Of a DNA stretch of 64,000 bases, positions 1 through 12,860 are shown piece by piece. Every line of letters begins with the position of its first letter. Position 1 is the stretch's first letter. A program made the translations under genes and the position numbers. Origin of the DNA: Guillardia theta CCMP2712 (Eukaryota > Protista > Cryptophyta). Below the pieces are notes generated by a model. It had not been told where the DNA came from. It was given only the letters and a program-made list of their open reading frames with translations, and did not search any database. The DNA is taken from positions 350,219 to 414,218 of the forward strand of contig NW_005434593.1 in the NCBI RefSeq assembly GCF_000315625.1, in the 5' to 3' direction.

Positions 1-19
1 TTCGAAGACTTTTGACACA

Positions 20-720
20 AACCTGCTAGCTCCATTCGCATGAGCAGTCTGGGGGTGGGCGGGGTGAGCTGTTCCAGGACGCTTGAGGAGGGCAACCGAA
101 GGCCGGGCAGAGAAAGGTCGAGCTTGCATCCCTTCTCGACGCGGAGCAGAAGGATGTCTCTGAAAGTTTCCTGTCTCCTCGTTGACTTCCGCATTTAGCG
201 CTGAGCTCCCCCCATTGAGAACGTTGTGGTTGTTGTGCACATACTTGGTGTAATCGTTGGGGGGGGTCGGGTTGAGACGAAACCCGTTTGGGATTGTGAC
301 TTCCTTCTTGTGTGTTCTCTTCCACCTCGCAATCCTCGCCTCCTCGCGAGCATGCTGCAGTGACAGCAGGTCTCAGTCGCATCACGCCATCATCAGACCT
401 GTCGACGCACCAGTTTGGCAAAGTCGGGGATCCGTCGGGCTGAGAAAGGAGCATCTCGTACGTTGGTGTTCACAGGGTTCGCCTCGCCAGTGTATCCTAT
501 GAAAGCCATCTTCTCCGACTGAGCTGATGCAGGCCATATCAGTCAGAAGCTGATTGAACCTGCTTTCTTACAAACCTGCTGTCTCCCAACAATCCAGTTG
601 GACTCAACGAATCAAGCCTGTATCGTGATGGTGCAATAACTACAGACGAGATATGCTCCTGATTGGAACCCTCATCCTGGTTGCTAATGCACTTTCATGA
701 ACCAGCTGTACCGACAACCT
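20..720 (-). CDS. Possible multi-exon hypothetical gene, probably continuing off the left edge
   Basis: Several exon-sized minus-strand segments bounded by AG...GT (e.g. cag|gaaactttcagaga...gctagcag|gtttgt); no recognisable domain. Confidence 0.25.
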
Positions 721-1635
721 GTCAAAAACTGTTGAAATGAATGATTAGACAGGACTTGGACCAAAGACATAGGAAAGGACTGGAATAATTTTTTTCTGGT
801 ATCTCGTTTCAAGACTTGGAACAAAAAACATGGAAATGAAAGTCTTTTCTGCACTAACTCGTTCTCTATGCGTCATGTACCAAACTAGAGAGTTCGAAGA
901 ACGAAAATATCGAGCTACGCATCCATTGTAAAACATTATTGAATTATCTAGGATGGTTGATGCCAGCGATGGTGATGGTGATGGTAATGGTGATGATGAC
1001 GGCTGAGAGAGATGGAAGAGCAAATACTAAACGTTTCCTTGACTTGGATAATTTGATGCGAGAGATCATGGAAAACGTTTGAAGGATCAGGAAGACAAGG
1101 AAGAGTTGTGTGCGGGAAAGGTACATCCTAATTTTTGCAAACTTTGACCTTCGGGAGCTTGTATGCAGAAGATTGAAGGGGATGGGAATGGAGCATGATG
1201 CCAAAGGAGAGAAAGGAGAAGGAGGAGGAGGAGGAGGAGGAGGAGGAGGAGGGAAGGGTTGGTATGGATGGGGAAAATGCGGAGACGCAGTAGGTTGCTT
1301 TCGGCCATAGTGCCGTTGGCGGGCCAGCCCATACCTGCAGGTTGAGACAGATGGAGGGGTAGGTGGTCTGACATAGCACCCCCCAGAGTACCACCCGTAC
1401 TTGAAAGGGACCCAAGATCAGAAGTACCCGTCCTTTATATACATTTTGAGGGGGCCCAGTAGTATTTCTCGAAAAGAAGGGGGTGGGATACACTGGCCAG
1501 TTGTGTCTGTGGACTCTACGGTGGGGTAGTCACCCCACCCCCATGGATAGCTTCCTCGAATTGGGGCGGCGCCGGCGGTACATCCGACTCACTGCGCCGA
1601 GGGCCGTGTCCGGCCGGGCGGATTGCCCGGCCCGG

Positions 1636-1735
1636 NNNNNNNNNNNNNNNNNNNNNNNNNNNNNNNNNNNNNNNNNNNNNNNNNNNNNNNNNNNNNNNNN
1701 NNNNNNNNNNNNNNNNNNNNNNNNNNNNNNNNNNN
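1636..1735. other. Assembly gap (100 N)
   Basis: Run of N. Confidence 1.
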
Positions 1736-2022
1736 ACAATGAATGTCCGGCGGCGATCCGGGACTCAGTCCGTCACTCGGAGCGGTCCGGGCCCGGGGCC
1801 TGCTCAGCACTGAGTTCAGGACGGGGGGGGGGGCGGCCGGGCGCCGATACCGGCGGTCGCCCGATCGGCCGCGGGCCGATCATAGCGGCCTGGCGGCGGC
1901 AACCGTTCGGACTCGTCCGCCCGGCCGCCGAGCAGCTGAACTCAGTGCTGAGCAGTGCGCGGATCCATCAGAAGGCTCCGAGTGACGGACTGAGTCCCGG
2001 ATCGCCGCCGGACATTCATTGT
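1736..2022. repeat. Nested perfect inverted repeat in a GC-rich island (48-bp outer arms, 20-bp inner arms)
   Basis: 1736-1783 acaatgaatgtccggcggcgatccgggactcagtccgtcactcggagc is the reverse complement of 1975-2022; 1800-1819 ctgctcagcactgagttcag is the reverse complement of 1936-1955. Confidence 0.9.
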
Positions 2023-3655
2023 AACGGCCGCACGGCCGGGCCGCACGGCTGGGCGGCCCGGGCCCGGGGCCCGGTCGGCACTGTGCAACACCCGGTGACC
2101 GGGAAGTTCAGTGTGACAAGTGACTCAGAGAGCCTCCCGGCGGCGACGCCGCCGGCTCACGTGCAGTGCCACCGCTGGCCTTGAGCCGGCCCGACCGGAC
2201 GAGGGGTCCCTGCCCAATTGTGTCGACTACCCCTATATGAAAGGTTAAGATGGTAGGTGGTAGTGGTTTACCACCCCAGTGAAGAAGGGGGTATAGATCA
2301 TAGTGACAGCAATGCTAATAATACAAATACGAGCTATTATAGTCTGCTTAAACGTATGTTTATGAGCTATTAGGTGGGATATTTAATCACTATATTGTTT
2401 ATTTAACATTTTGTTGGTTAAATAAGGCTAAGTCTAGCGTCCTACGTGTGAGCCGCTCCAAGGCTGTTTGGCGGCTCCACTTTCCAAATTGTAGCAAATT
2501 TTGAAATTATAACTGAATATATTTGAAATTAGTGTTTATCAATCGAATAGAACTTGCCAACCTTACTGAAGCTTCTGGACCCCTAATCGACAGGGCAAGA
2601 GATTTCAGTCAATTAAAATTTTAATTGAGACTTGAAAGAAAAATTATACACACCCGTGATAATTCCATCTCTTCAGAAACAAATAGTAGGGTAGGGTACT
2701 TATCGTTCACCATGGTTTCACGGCATCCTACATGCTCATGCATCCTTTCCCCAGCAATTTCGACGTCTCCCCCGCGTCTCCCTCCTCCGCCTCTCCCTCC
2801 TTCCACTGCCCCTCTCCCTACTGGACCAATCTCCTCCTCGCCCCCTCTGTCCCTCTCCTTCCTCGATCTATCGTCAAAATCCTCCTATTGCTCTCTTCCT
2901 CCTCTTTTCTGGCGTTGCACACGATAATCGTCAACTTTTTCTGCATCTTGCTTCCAGGCTCTCCTCCTCCGTGCCAATCCCCTTAGCATTTCCTTCCCTG
3001 TGTTTCATACTACGTGCAAACTTGAAACTGCATCGAACAATCCACATCCGATCCTCGTGATTCCTTAGCTTGCTTGAGACCCTGCAGTCTTTTGCGAACC
3101 TTCATCATCACACTCCTCGTACTTTTTCTTTTCTCAACTCTCTCACTCACTCTCTCTCTCTCTCTCTTTACCAGAATCTGTATCAGCATATACTGGTTCT
3201 TGTTCTCTTCCTTGTTCTGATTCTTATTCTAACTCTTGGTCATGTTCTACCTCTGGTGCTGTTGCGTACATGCGTGCTCATGGCTCTCTCGACCTCGAAT
3301 TATATTTCGCCCCAACCTTGCTGCTCGTGCTTTGCAATGTCTTCCGTCCGATGAAATTCCATCGTGTGACTTCACTATGGATCATGCTTGTCGAGTTGAT
3401 CATGCTCTGTCTCCTGAACTGAGTGTAAGGACATGACGTGGTAGATTTCATTCAAGTCTGCATACATATCACAACGACTGGAGCTTGTTGGTCGCAAGGG
3501 AACTCACATGTTACTGTCAGGTTCACACAGATCACCCCGAGCCCAACTCAAGCGTGTCTCCGGTCGTGATTGCCAAGGAAGGAAGGGGAAACGAGGAAGC
3601 AGCGAGTGGGCAAACGCTTTATCGAACAACACTTGAATACCTTCAACAATAGGAG

Positions 3656-4880
3656 ATGGCTGATCCTCAAGAACGAGAACCGTGTCCTCATAGAATTATA
3701 GATGATCTTGGGGGTGCCTTTGCTTTTGGGGCGGTAAGAGTGACAGTGCAGGAAAGGTAGCGGAATACGACTGACGGAGGCGATGCAGGTCGGAGGAGCC
3801 ATGTTCCACTCTTTCAAGGGAGCCAGAAATGCGCCAAGAGGAGAGAGAATGGCTGGAGCCATCGAGGTGGGAAGAGAGAACAAGTTCAGCAAGGCCTTAC
3901 GAGATTGTAGGCTGTGAAAGCCAACGCCCGTCGACTTGGTGGAAGCTTTGCTGTTTGGGGAGGCTTGTTCTCTACGTTCGATTGCTGTTTCATCGCTATA
4001 AGGAGCAAGGAAGATCCCTACAACTCAATCGTGAGTGGATGCCTTGTCTGCTGAATCCTCCCCCCCCCCCGCCCCCCGGACCAGTTATTCCTTCGTCGTC
4101 CTGCTGGTCGATTTCTGAACTCGTTGTGTGATGGAGACGTGCACAGATGTCCGGCTTCTGTACAGGAGCAGTCTTGGCATCCAGAGGAGGAGTAAGCATG
4201 TGAACTTTGCGCTGAGACCTGGTAACATGGAACAGGCGTCGGCCGCCATGAAGGCCGGATTCGTCGGAGGAGTCATCCTTGCGGTTATCGAGGGACTCAA
4301 TGTCGCAATCACGAGGATCATGAACAATCTCCCGCAAGAGCCCGTCGGTCCTCCCCCCAAAGGCTCGGACGATTCCCAGCAGATTGCGGTACCTCCTCGC
4401 CCTCCCCCCTTGACGATGGATCCCTCACGTGCTGCTTTAGCAGGAGGAGATCCCCTGGTGGGCCAAGTGGCTGGGGACCCCAGAACAGAAGGCCAAGGTT
4501 GACTTCTCCGACCCCAAGGAGGTGATGCCACCATCGGCTCGAGACCTCCCTGACAGCTTCTCAGATGGATGCGTCCCCCGGGTTTGCGGGAGGAAGGGAT
4601 GACTTTGCTCAATCGGAGAAGGTGGGGGAGGGGGAGGAGGAGGAGGAGGAGCGAGTATTGATGGATCCTGACGTTCTTGGTAGAAATGGTCTTCACCCCT
4701 TGAGAATCAAGTGGACGCCAAGCAGGTCTACATGCTGATTCGAGGCCATATGTTTGCCGGCCTGCAGGTGAGGGTTGGAAGGAGCTTCGCCTACCTGTGA
4801 TGGGGATGAGGACACTTGACGATAGTGGCAGGAGGGAAACGTGCGGTCCAGGTTCTCATACATCCCGCACTCTCGCGAGT
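3656..4880 (+). CDS. TIM17: Mitochondrial inner-membrane translocase subunit Tim17 (multi-exon; 3' end approximate)
   Basis: Spliced translation [26 protein letters not shown] / [26 protein letters not shown] / [40 protein letters not shown] / [15 protein letters not shown] / [46 protein letters not shown] and R-KEDP-NSI are Tim17 hallmarks. Confidence 0.95.
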
Positions 4881-5799
4881 AGCTGAGGGAAGATGAAGAA
4901 CAGCGAATAGAAGATAGACGAGCTGAGAAGAATAAGGGGGGACCAGTGCAAGGTCCTGATGGTTAGCAGGTCAAAGCCTCCTAGGTAGTCCAAGATATAT
5001 CATTGAGTGGAGCTTGATGCTGAGAAAAAATCATCTGTTGTATGTGCTCGGGTGAGTTCTTCATACAGTCTCACCGTTTCGCATTAAGTCGCTCAGACAT
5101 GTTTTTCGGTCGGCCCAGCGCACTTGAAACCTGTTGAATTAACTGATCAATTGTCAATCGCCGCAGCCGCTGAAAGGCCGGGCCAGCCTCAGTGGACCCC
5201 GGCGTTGACAATGAGCGATGAACACCGTCGGCCCGGCCCGAGGTACTTACCGTGGCAGTACTCGGAGTCTCAGTCTCACTCACCGTCGCGGGCACGCCCG
5301 TGCAGTGGTGATCAATGAGTGTGCGGCCCGGAGCCCGGGCCGCTGCCAGTACCCGGTAGCCTAGTACGATGCCACGGTGGTTGAACGCCGAGCCTCATGG
5401 CTCAGCGGCTCCCGTTCACCCGGCCGGCGGGAAGCCGCTGGAAGATCTCCCCGGGAGATCTGACCGACTCTGGGACTGAACGGGAGGGAAGGTCCGCACC
5501 CGGTGACCTGTAGAGGAGGCCGCCGGGCTTGACCGTGCCGCCTGACACTGTCGCCGCGCCACAGCCTCCGGCCATACGGCGAGAAGACTCTCCGAAAAAG
5601 ACAGAGAGAACCAACCCTCATCCTGCCGACTGCTAACTTGAAATCAGTACGAGGACAAACAGGAGAGTAGAGGAGGCTGAGTCACTACTTGTAGGCGATC
5701 GGTTGAATTTCTGGGGGACCTGAAAAGGGTTGGTGTGGTAAAGATGAGAGGCTCTATTGTCAAAGTGCCCCGGAAATGAGGGGCATGCTAGCAAGAGGA

Positions 5800-7650
5800 G
5801 CAATGTCGACTACCGGTAGTTTTCTCTGCAAGGACCCGGTCTGGCATAATTGGCTCTTGACGATCAGGTGTCACACAAAATCTGCTCGTGGTACGGATGA
5901 GGCAAGCGGGGGGCTGCCGTCGGACATGCCTGAGGACCAGGTACTATAGGCCCTAGGTGGGGTGCCAGTGGCATGGTCATCATTCCTAGTGGGTAGGGTG
6001 GCGTGGCAGTGGGCGCCAATTATCATCGGACGATGGGTGGGCACTATCCCTTCTGGAGAGTGGGGTGGTACGGTGCCGGCCTATTTCATTTTTTTTAGGG
6101 AACCTTGAGGGAGAATCAGGGGGGTGGCGGCAGACCGGGTAGTGAATGTTGGGGGGGAGGCCCGGGGGGTCCCATCAGTCATCATTACCAGACTAGGGGT
6201 TCTCTCTTTTCTCTACAATGGGTTTTTATTGTTATTGTTCCTATAATAGTAATAATAATGTGCACCTGTTGCACGAAGCCTCCGAGTAACTTAAGACAAC
6301 AGACATTGGGGGTCTTTGGGGGGTCAAATAGGGGGTAGTGGTACTGGGTCTTGACCGAGATGACTAGAGCAATCTGTGATCGCCGCGGCCCAGAATCAAC
6401 AGGACCGGTCATGGGACCGATGGTCAGAGAGGGGGTGAGGGTGCAGAATCTGGTAGTTAACAGTTGTTAATGTGTGAGGGGTGGTCAAGGGTAATAAAAA
6501 AGGTTACTACTGTTGACGAGGTACGATCGGTGACGAGCGTGCAGGGGTACCCCTAGAAAAAGAACCACCTCCACGGTATAAGGAAGGGTACAAACGATGC
6601 CATCCGGTACTATGTGGCCACAGGGGTCCAATTTTGGTGAAAATAATTGCCATGGGAGGGGTACTAGTGGGAGAGATGTACCAGTGGATACGGTCCTAGG
6701 ATCGCCCGAGGTCCGGAGCTTGCCAGAGGCAGACATATATTTGAGTTAGAGGGTGGGATAAAACGGGTCGAAGGTAAATTTGGGGGTGGGGTGGATGAGG
6801 AGGAGGGTACGACCAAGGGGGTCGTCGGCGCGGTAGTGTAGGAGAAGAAGGGAAGGGGGTCACGGTTTGCAGTAGTCATCAACTTTCATCACTCGCTTTC
6901 CTACCACACAGAGGGCAGGACTACCGGGTGGAGTGTCATAACAGTGTCTGGATCAGTACAGGGGTAGGTGGGCTGACGTATGTTCTAGGGGACGGTGGGG
7001 TGAATTTCAATTGTAAAAATTTGGTTGCTGTATCACCCTACCGGGTATTTACACGGAAAGTGGACGGGTTATCAGGAATGGATAGAGATGGTGGGTCCCT
7101 TTTGAAACTAATTCGGGGAGGGTAGGAGGGTGCCTAGTGCCCGAGGTGCGTATTAGACTACCCTATCCTATGAGCCATTATTCACTGGGGCCTGCCGAAT
7201 TGGCGTAATTTTTTGGCCTTTTCATAATCTATAGTGTGGGGTAGGGTACCAGCATATCAGTGGGGTGGCGGAAAAAAAAATTTATCGGTGGAGTCATCAG
7301 CGACAGGGAGCCAGGGGTCATTGGTAAGTACTAGTAGTGGAACAGTGTCAAGAAAGGGGGTGGGGGTACAGGCACGAAAGGGAATAGGGATCGATGGAGG
7401 CAATCCCAGGGGTGTAGGTCAGAAAGGGTGGAATCAACCCTTCAGGATCCTTGAGCAAATCTGGTAGATGCACGGGTACAGAAACTTTGGATATGGTGGG
7501 GTGGGCGAATGTTAAATTCAAGGGGGTAAGGCAAGATTTTTAGATGGGGGTGGGGGTAGTAGGCAGTACATACCGTTCCATGTTCGAAGTGAAAAACCAG
7601 ATATGGTGGGGTGTCATAGCCGACGCAGGGGGTAGTGGAAGTAGAGGGGG
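5800..7650 (+). mobile_element. Heavily decayed Ty3/Gypsy-like LTR-retrotransposon pol relic
   Basis: Broken-frame fragments in Gypsy order: TKPPSNLRQQ (RNase H C-terminal RQxRW region, ~6270), VW...GDGGVNF...DGLS...LIR (integrase-core-like, 6945-7120), QPFRILEQI...PFHVRSEKP (GPY/F-like, 7435-7600). No LTRs found. Confidence 0.4.
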
Positions 7651-8743
7651 TAGTGCGTCAGGCTAGCAGGGGGTTGGAGGATACGAGGATATTTAAGAAG
7701 AGGGGTCATTCTGATCCAAAGATAGAGAAGGGGGTACTTTTAGGCAGAAATCATGGATTTTAGTATGGTGGGGAGTCAGTAGTGTGGCTGAGAACGGGTG
7801 GGGTTGACGAAACTAAATCAGATACAGAAAGGATCAAGGGTTGGGTCTTTCGATTGGGTCTGACTGAAATTGGGGGGGTAGGGGTGGGTACCCCAGCGGT
7901 CATAAACCGACCCAAAGACGGCACGATGCTGTGATGGGGCAAGGGGAGAGTGAGGCGGTGGCTGACTGTTAAGAAAGTAGCAGCGATGGCATTCAAGACG
8001 AGAGCTGTAGAGAACAGTAAGGCGATGTCCTTAGCGAAGATTGCTGCTGGAAAGCTGATCATACAGAGAGATTGTAAGAGACGCTTGAACGAAGAAGTGT
8101 AGTGGAGAAACAATGATTGCAGGAAAAGTGGACTGGAATGAAGAATATTTGTGGAATAATGGCAGACGCCACATGAACAACAATCTGATGATAAAGTTAA
8201 GTATAGGAAGATGAAACATTGTGGGAAACATGCAGGCAAGGCTGCAAGAGCGAACCAAGTTGGAAGCAATTTGGTTAGTTGGGAGCTAGGAAAAATTGGA
8301 ATGTCAAACTGGTAGTTGTATTTCTCAAGGGGCTGAGCTTTTTATGTGTTTATGAGGTTTTGATTGGTAAGTATGAATTGTGAATGTTCTGTGCAAGGAG
8401 ATATTTCTCATGAAAGTTTCAAGAATTTATTGATTTCGAAGGTTCGTACATGAAATGTTTTCCTGAGCAGCCAGCAGTGAGCAGGCAGGATAGTATTATG
8501 CATACAGTGGGATTCAAAGAAGCTAATATCGCAGAGAGATGTAGGTATGGATTGAAGGGTAAAAGAATGTGATCCAAAATGAAGGTGGTACAGTTGAAGG
8601 CAATGTACTTGTAGAGCAGAGGCCATACCAATCATGTTAGTCTCATGAAACTAACCCGCTGCCTTAGCAATTGCTCTCATGGAGCTTGGGATCTAAACGT
8701 GGGTCTAGCTGTCCGACGATACTCTTTTTCAAAACTTGAGATC

Positions 8744-10350
8744 ATGGGAAGACCTGTCGCTTCAGAAGAGAACAAGCAGCTCGGCCTCTGCTTTGCTCAT
8801 GCGGTATCTGCAGCCTATCTCGAGTGTTCAGTGCCATGACTGTACTCTGATAGGTCACCGCACCCTCAGAGGATCCTGCGTCCGTCGTAGCTCGGTCAGG
8901 CAGGCTCTGTATCTTCGCAGCTCTGGAAGAATGTTGCCCAAGTTCTATCCGAAATCCAACTTCGGCCAAGGGACGGCGCGGCCTCACCATGATTGAATTC
9001 AACAAGTCTTTAGAGAGAGCCGGGTTCCGAAAGATGCGAGATCGCAGGATTGATGCTGCAACAAGACAGGAGGATCCAACGGGAGGTGAGAGAGGCCATT
9101 CTTGTTCATGTCGTGTGCTGATCGTATTGCAAGCCGGCCTCTGCTTGTTCAGCTTTCGCCAATGGAAGAACCCAGACGACGAATCTAAGAAATGGGACCT
9201 CTTCAAGAGCTGGGAGTACCTTGTCGAAACATTTCCTCATTTTGGCGCGGAATGCAACTGGGAAAAATTCCTCTCTGTGTGCAAAAGATACGAAGAGGGA
9301 TGGAAGCCATACTCGGGAGCAGGAAGAAAGATGGTCAAAGTCGTTGTAGCAGATAGAAAGAACAGCAATAAGAGCAAACCAAAAACCAACATGAACCAAC
9401 AACATGGAAATCCATCAGTGCTGCGACCGCTGCAGTGGCATTCTCTACAAATGAACTCATGGATGGAAAACATCTCTGGCTTGCAATCACGGATCGGACC
9501 TGCGGATAGCTCTATTGTCAACTGTCTAGGAGTAAGATGAGATCATACGACGAGAGAGAATTCTGATATCAGTGTGAGCAGGGGACAGCAGATCTTTCAA
9601 AGTTTCAACTGCGTGATCCGAAGTTCGTCAAACCGGATGGCAGGGAAGACAAGGCGAACACCTCCAACATGCTGGAGTTACTCGCAGCAGCAGGAGCAGC
9701 ACTGGGAACGATCAGTTCAAAGACAGATCAGGTGACGTTGTCTGACTGGTACCTCCAAGTATTGACGTACCTTTTTCCCTTGAAGCAGCATGGTGTGATC
9801 AAACCAGAGGCCCAACACCCTGCTCTTGTTCGAACCAAGAACGAAAAGCCACAACCCACAACTTCACAGATCAGAGCTCCCTGGACACCAGGAATTGCTG
9901 GCAAGCAGAATCAAGGTTTGCTTTGTAGCTTATTGGATACTCCCTATGTGACTCTCCTCAGGGTTTCTACCAAGTCAAGGCGAGGGCTCATCGTCATTTC
10001 TGAAAGTGCCTTCGACGCGATCGTTGACTTCCGTTGTCCAATGTCTGCCGACCAAGACAGCAGACAAGAACATGAAGGAGCACATGGAAAATCCCAAAGG
10101 GATCCGAGTTTCCGATCTCCTGGCCCATGACGGAGGCAACCTGCCCCTGAAGAGAGATAGACAAGAAACGGTGAAGCTTGCTGTCACTGCTGCACTTGCT
10201 GACATCCTGCAGCAGGACAAGGATCTCAACATAGAAGACAAACAACTTCATAAAGCCATCAAGCTCGCTTGTGGCCCACACAACAAAAGCAAGTCAGGTC
10301 TAGACCCCCTGCTTCACCTCTGGGAGCAGGCGAACATAGTTGGATTGTGA
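8744..10350 (+). CDS. Hypothetical multi-exon protein; N-terminal region possibly a winged-helix (RFX-like) domain
   Basis: MGRPVASEENKQLGLCFAHA / VTAPSEDPASVVARSGRLCIFAALEECC...LTMIEFNKSLERAGFRKMRDRR..., then further exons to ...LLHLWEQANIVGL* at 10350; short GT-AG introns. Confidence 0.6.
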
Positions 10351-10805
10351 TTGCTTTACATGATTGCACACGAGTCAAATTAGTTTAGAACTTCTAGTAA
10401 TGTAATGGAAAGTGAAATCAAGAGTGAAGTGGAAGAAGCGTGCGGACTTATGTCTGGCCCCGGAAGAGAAATGTTACTTTCGTACACGAGCGATAGATAA
10501 CAGAAGCGGCACTTGACATTTGGATGGGAAAAGAAGATTCGGAGACAGCAAATGGGTCGATGAACTATAAGCAAAGAGTGAGAACAGGAACATGATACTG
10601 CAACGTCGACAGTTGAAACTCGTTCTCAAGTGCAGCATCGACCGAAGAATCACATTTCACAAGGATATGTAGATGCGAAAGTAAAACCTAGAATTTACCA
10701 TAAGAAGCAGATGTGCAATGAACGGAATGATAAAATCGGTTGCTGGAAATATCTCTGGATGAAAACAACAAATCTATTACTCAGACTTTATTGAAAGCCA
10801 ATAAT

Positions 10806-10967
10806 TTAATAGCCACGGGCAGCCATGCGCTGCTGGTTGTTGGCAGGGGGCTCATCGTTGGAGTCGATGACGGTGTTGGGGGTAACACCGTTGGCGTTGT
10901 GAGGCTCAGCCCAGGTGTTGATGGTGTTGACGTCATCGAGCATGGTCATGGCGAGGAGAGCGAACAT
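10806..10967 (-). CDS. Small 53-aa acidic Asn/Asp-rich protein, copy A (candidate cryptophyte ejectisome Tri-like protein)
   Basis: MFALLAMTMLDDVNTINTWAEPHNANGVTPNTVIDSNDEPPANNQQRMAARGY*; C-ending codon bias; acceptor-like cag just before the ATG; near-identical copy at 12861-13022. Confidence 0.85.
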   Translation of the reverse strand: MFALLAMTMLDDVNTINTWAEPHNANGVTPNTVIDSNDEPPANNQQRMAARGY

Positions 10968-11449
10968 CTTCCCTGATACAACGGGTCAGCAAATGCTACG
11001 AAAGTCGTGAAATATCTGCTCTATACACAATAGAACATCACAAGATGAGAATGGTTTGTAGTGTGATCACCGAGCGTGTTCATGTGTGAAAAACCGAATC
11101 AATTTTGTTTGAAAAAATATCCATCCATTCAGTGTTCAATGGCTGCATTCGAACCAAACGCAAACAAGAAAATTGACACAAATATCACAGTAGCATAGAG
11201 GGACGCTAATTTTTGACGAACAAGTGTCAAGGAGAAGGAGAATTCATCTCCACGCGATCGTCAAGCATGCAAAGGAGGCGTGGCGGGAAGCGCCATTACC
11301 TGAGTTTGCCTCTCCTCCTGTCTCTCCGAGGCAACTAAAGCCCCTCCCCCGAAATAGAACACGAAAAAAAAATAACCCCCACCCCAAAATGTTCCACACC
11401 CTACCCTTGGGAAGCCCTAGATCTGACATCCCCTAGTTTGCGAATCCAC

Positions 11450-12350
11450 CAGTAGATTGAGTACCTTCCCCCTCTTTATCACCCCTCATGTTCGCCTCTA
11501 CATTACCCCTTACTACTTGTCATACCCCTCTAATTGAACAGCTCTGCTAATCGGACCCCACCATGCTACTTTGAACCCCCAGATTTCGTTCAATCTGTCT
11601 ACCCTACCCCTCTGTGTAGGTCCTCCTTTCTGATTGCCCACCCACCGTGATAATGGTACTACCGTTCTCACTACCCCCTGGTCCTACCACATTTAACCCA
11701 CCCTACAGACTCTTTCCCCCACCTATTCACTTCATACACAAGCTCCGTGCTTCACCCATGGTCCACAGAACTTGATCAATTACCCCTTGAAACCGCCTGG
11801 AAAATAGGGGTAGAATGTTTCGGGGTCAAGATGCTTCAGCTTCCAGTTCAGTTTGAGACTGAGCTCAAATCTCAGTAGTAAATTTCGTGTATTGAGTATG
11901 AGCCCCCAATCTATTTCTATCCCTACCCTACCAATCAGACTATTCTTCCATGGACCCTATCTTGATACTACCAACACACCGGTACTCCAACATACCCTAC
12001 CTAGGAACATCAAAAAATGGTGCTGTACCCCTACAAATATAAACAGAAACACCCCACCCATCCTCCACACCCCTTTGTTCTATTTCGGGCAGTGCTACCC
12101 GAATAAGACTGGGACCCACCCCACCTATACCATACTTGTTAAATAAAGTACCCACCCGTTTCCTCAAGTACCCCTGGTCTGAGATGGTATTACCCAGCAC
12201 AAATCCTGTCTCCATCCGACGGTATCGGCAACCACCCCTTCAAACCCAGGCACTACCCAGGCATTCTAGAGCCAATTTTGGTTACCCACCCCATTGTTGA
12301 AACAGACAAAATATGGGGTGAGGTAGTTCACCCCACAGGCCTGTTTCCCT
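11450..12350 (-). mobile_element. Heavily decayed Ty1/Copia-like RT-RNase H relic
   Basis: Minus-strand fragments in Copia order: ISDQGYLRKRVGTLFNKYGI (cf. sQxxYxxxxLxxFgm), GVSVYICRGTAP (cf. GsLmYlxxxTRPD), an SDW-like segment, AQSQTELEAEA (cf. vAxSxtEAEY). Many stops. Confidence 0.4.
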
Positions 12351-12860
12351 CACCAATCTACAGAAATGGTTGGAGAAAGAAGGGGTGGTGATAGAGTTCG
12401 GAGGGTGGGGGGGTGTTGAGGGTGGTCTTCTACTTATAGGGCCGGGCGAGGAGTTTGAGGTATCAAAGGTGAGACCTGATCATATTCCATGCTGTTGCCC
12501 TGCGTTATATCCGAACAGCTCCTGCTCTTCCTCCTCTCATGCTCCAACACAAGCACTTCCATCTCACATGCTCTGTTTGCTCTACCCCTGCATTCAGCCC
12601 TTCGAATGGTTGCTGTGAATCCCTCCTGTATCTGCGCCAGGAAATGTACTCGCATGGGAAATGTTGTGTTTGTGGGAGGAAGTGGTGGATAGGCACACTT
12701 GTACATCTGTTGGAGTGCAGCGGTGAATGAGAACATCAACAGCACGATTATCTCATCAATTTTGAATGTGAATACGATGGAGAGATGAGAGGAGAGGGTC
12801 CATTGAAGAGTTGTTCTACATGTGATTACGTGCACGATATTGACTCTAGTTTGCAGGAAG

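Noticed and set aside
940-1310. Purine-rich, coding-like stretch ending in (GGA)n
   Set aside because: Stops in frame and no recognisable motif; may be decayed TE or gene, but cannot be supported.
1483-2184. 233-aa ORF across the gap
   Set aside because: Open only because of Ns and high GC; no domain.
2700-3430. Pyrimidine-rich region with several ORFs, possible LINE relic
   Set aside because: No diagnostic RT or endonuclease motifs readable.
10740-10976. Plus-strand ORF (ATGSHALLVVGRG...) also seen at 12846-13046 (-)
   Set aside because: Antisense shadow of the 53-aa gene; identity ends exactly at that gene's start and stop.
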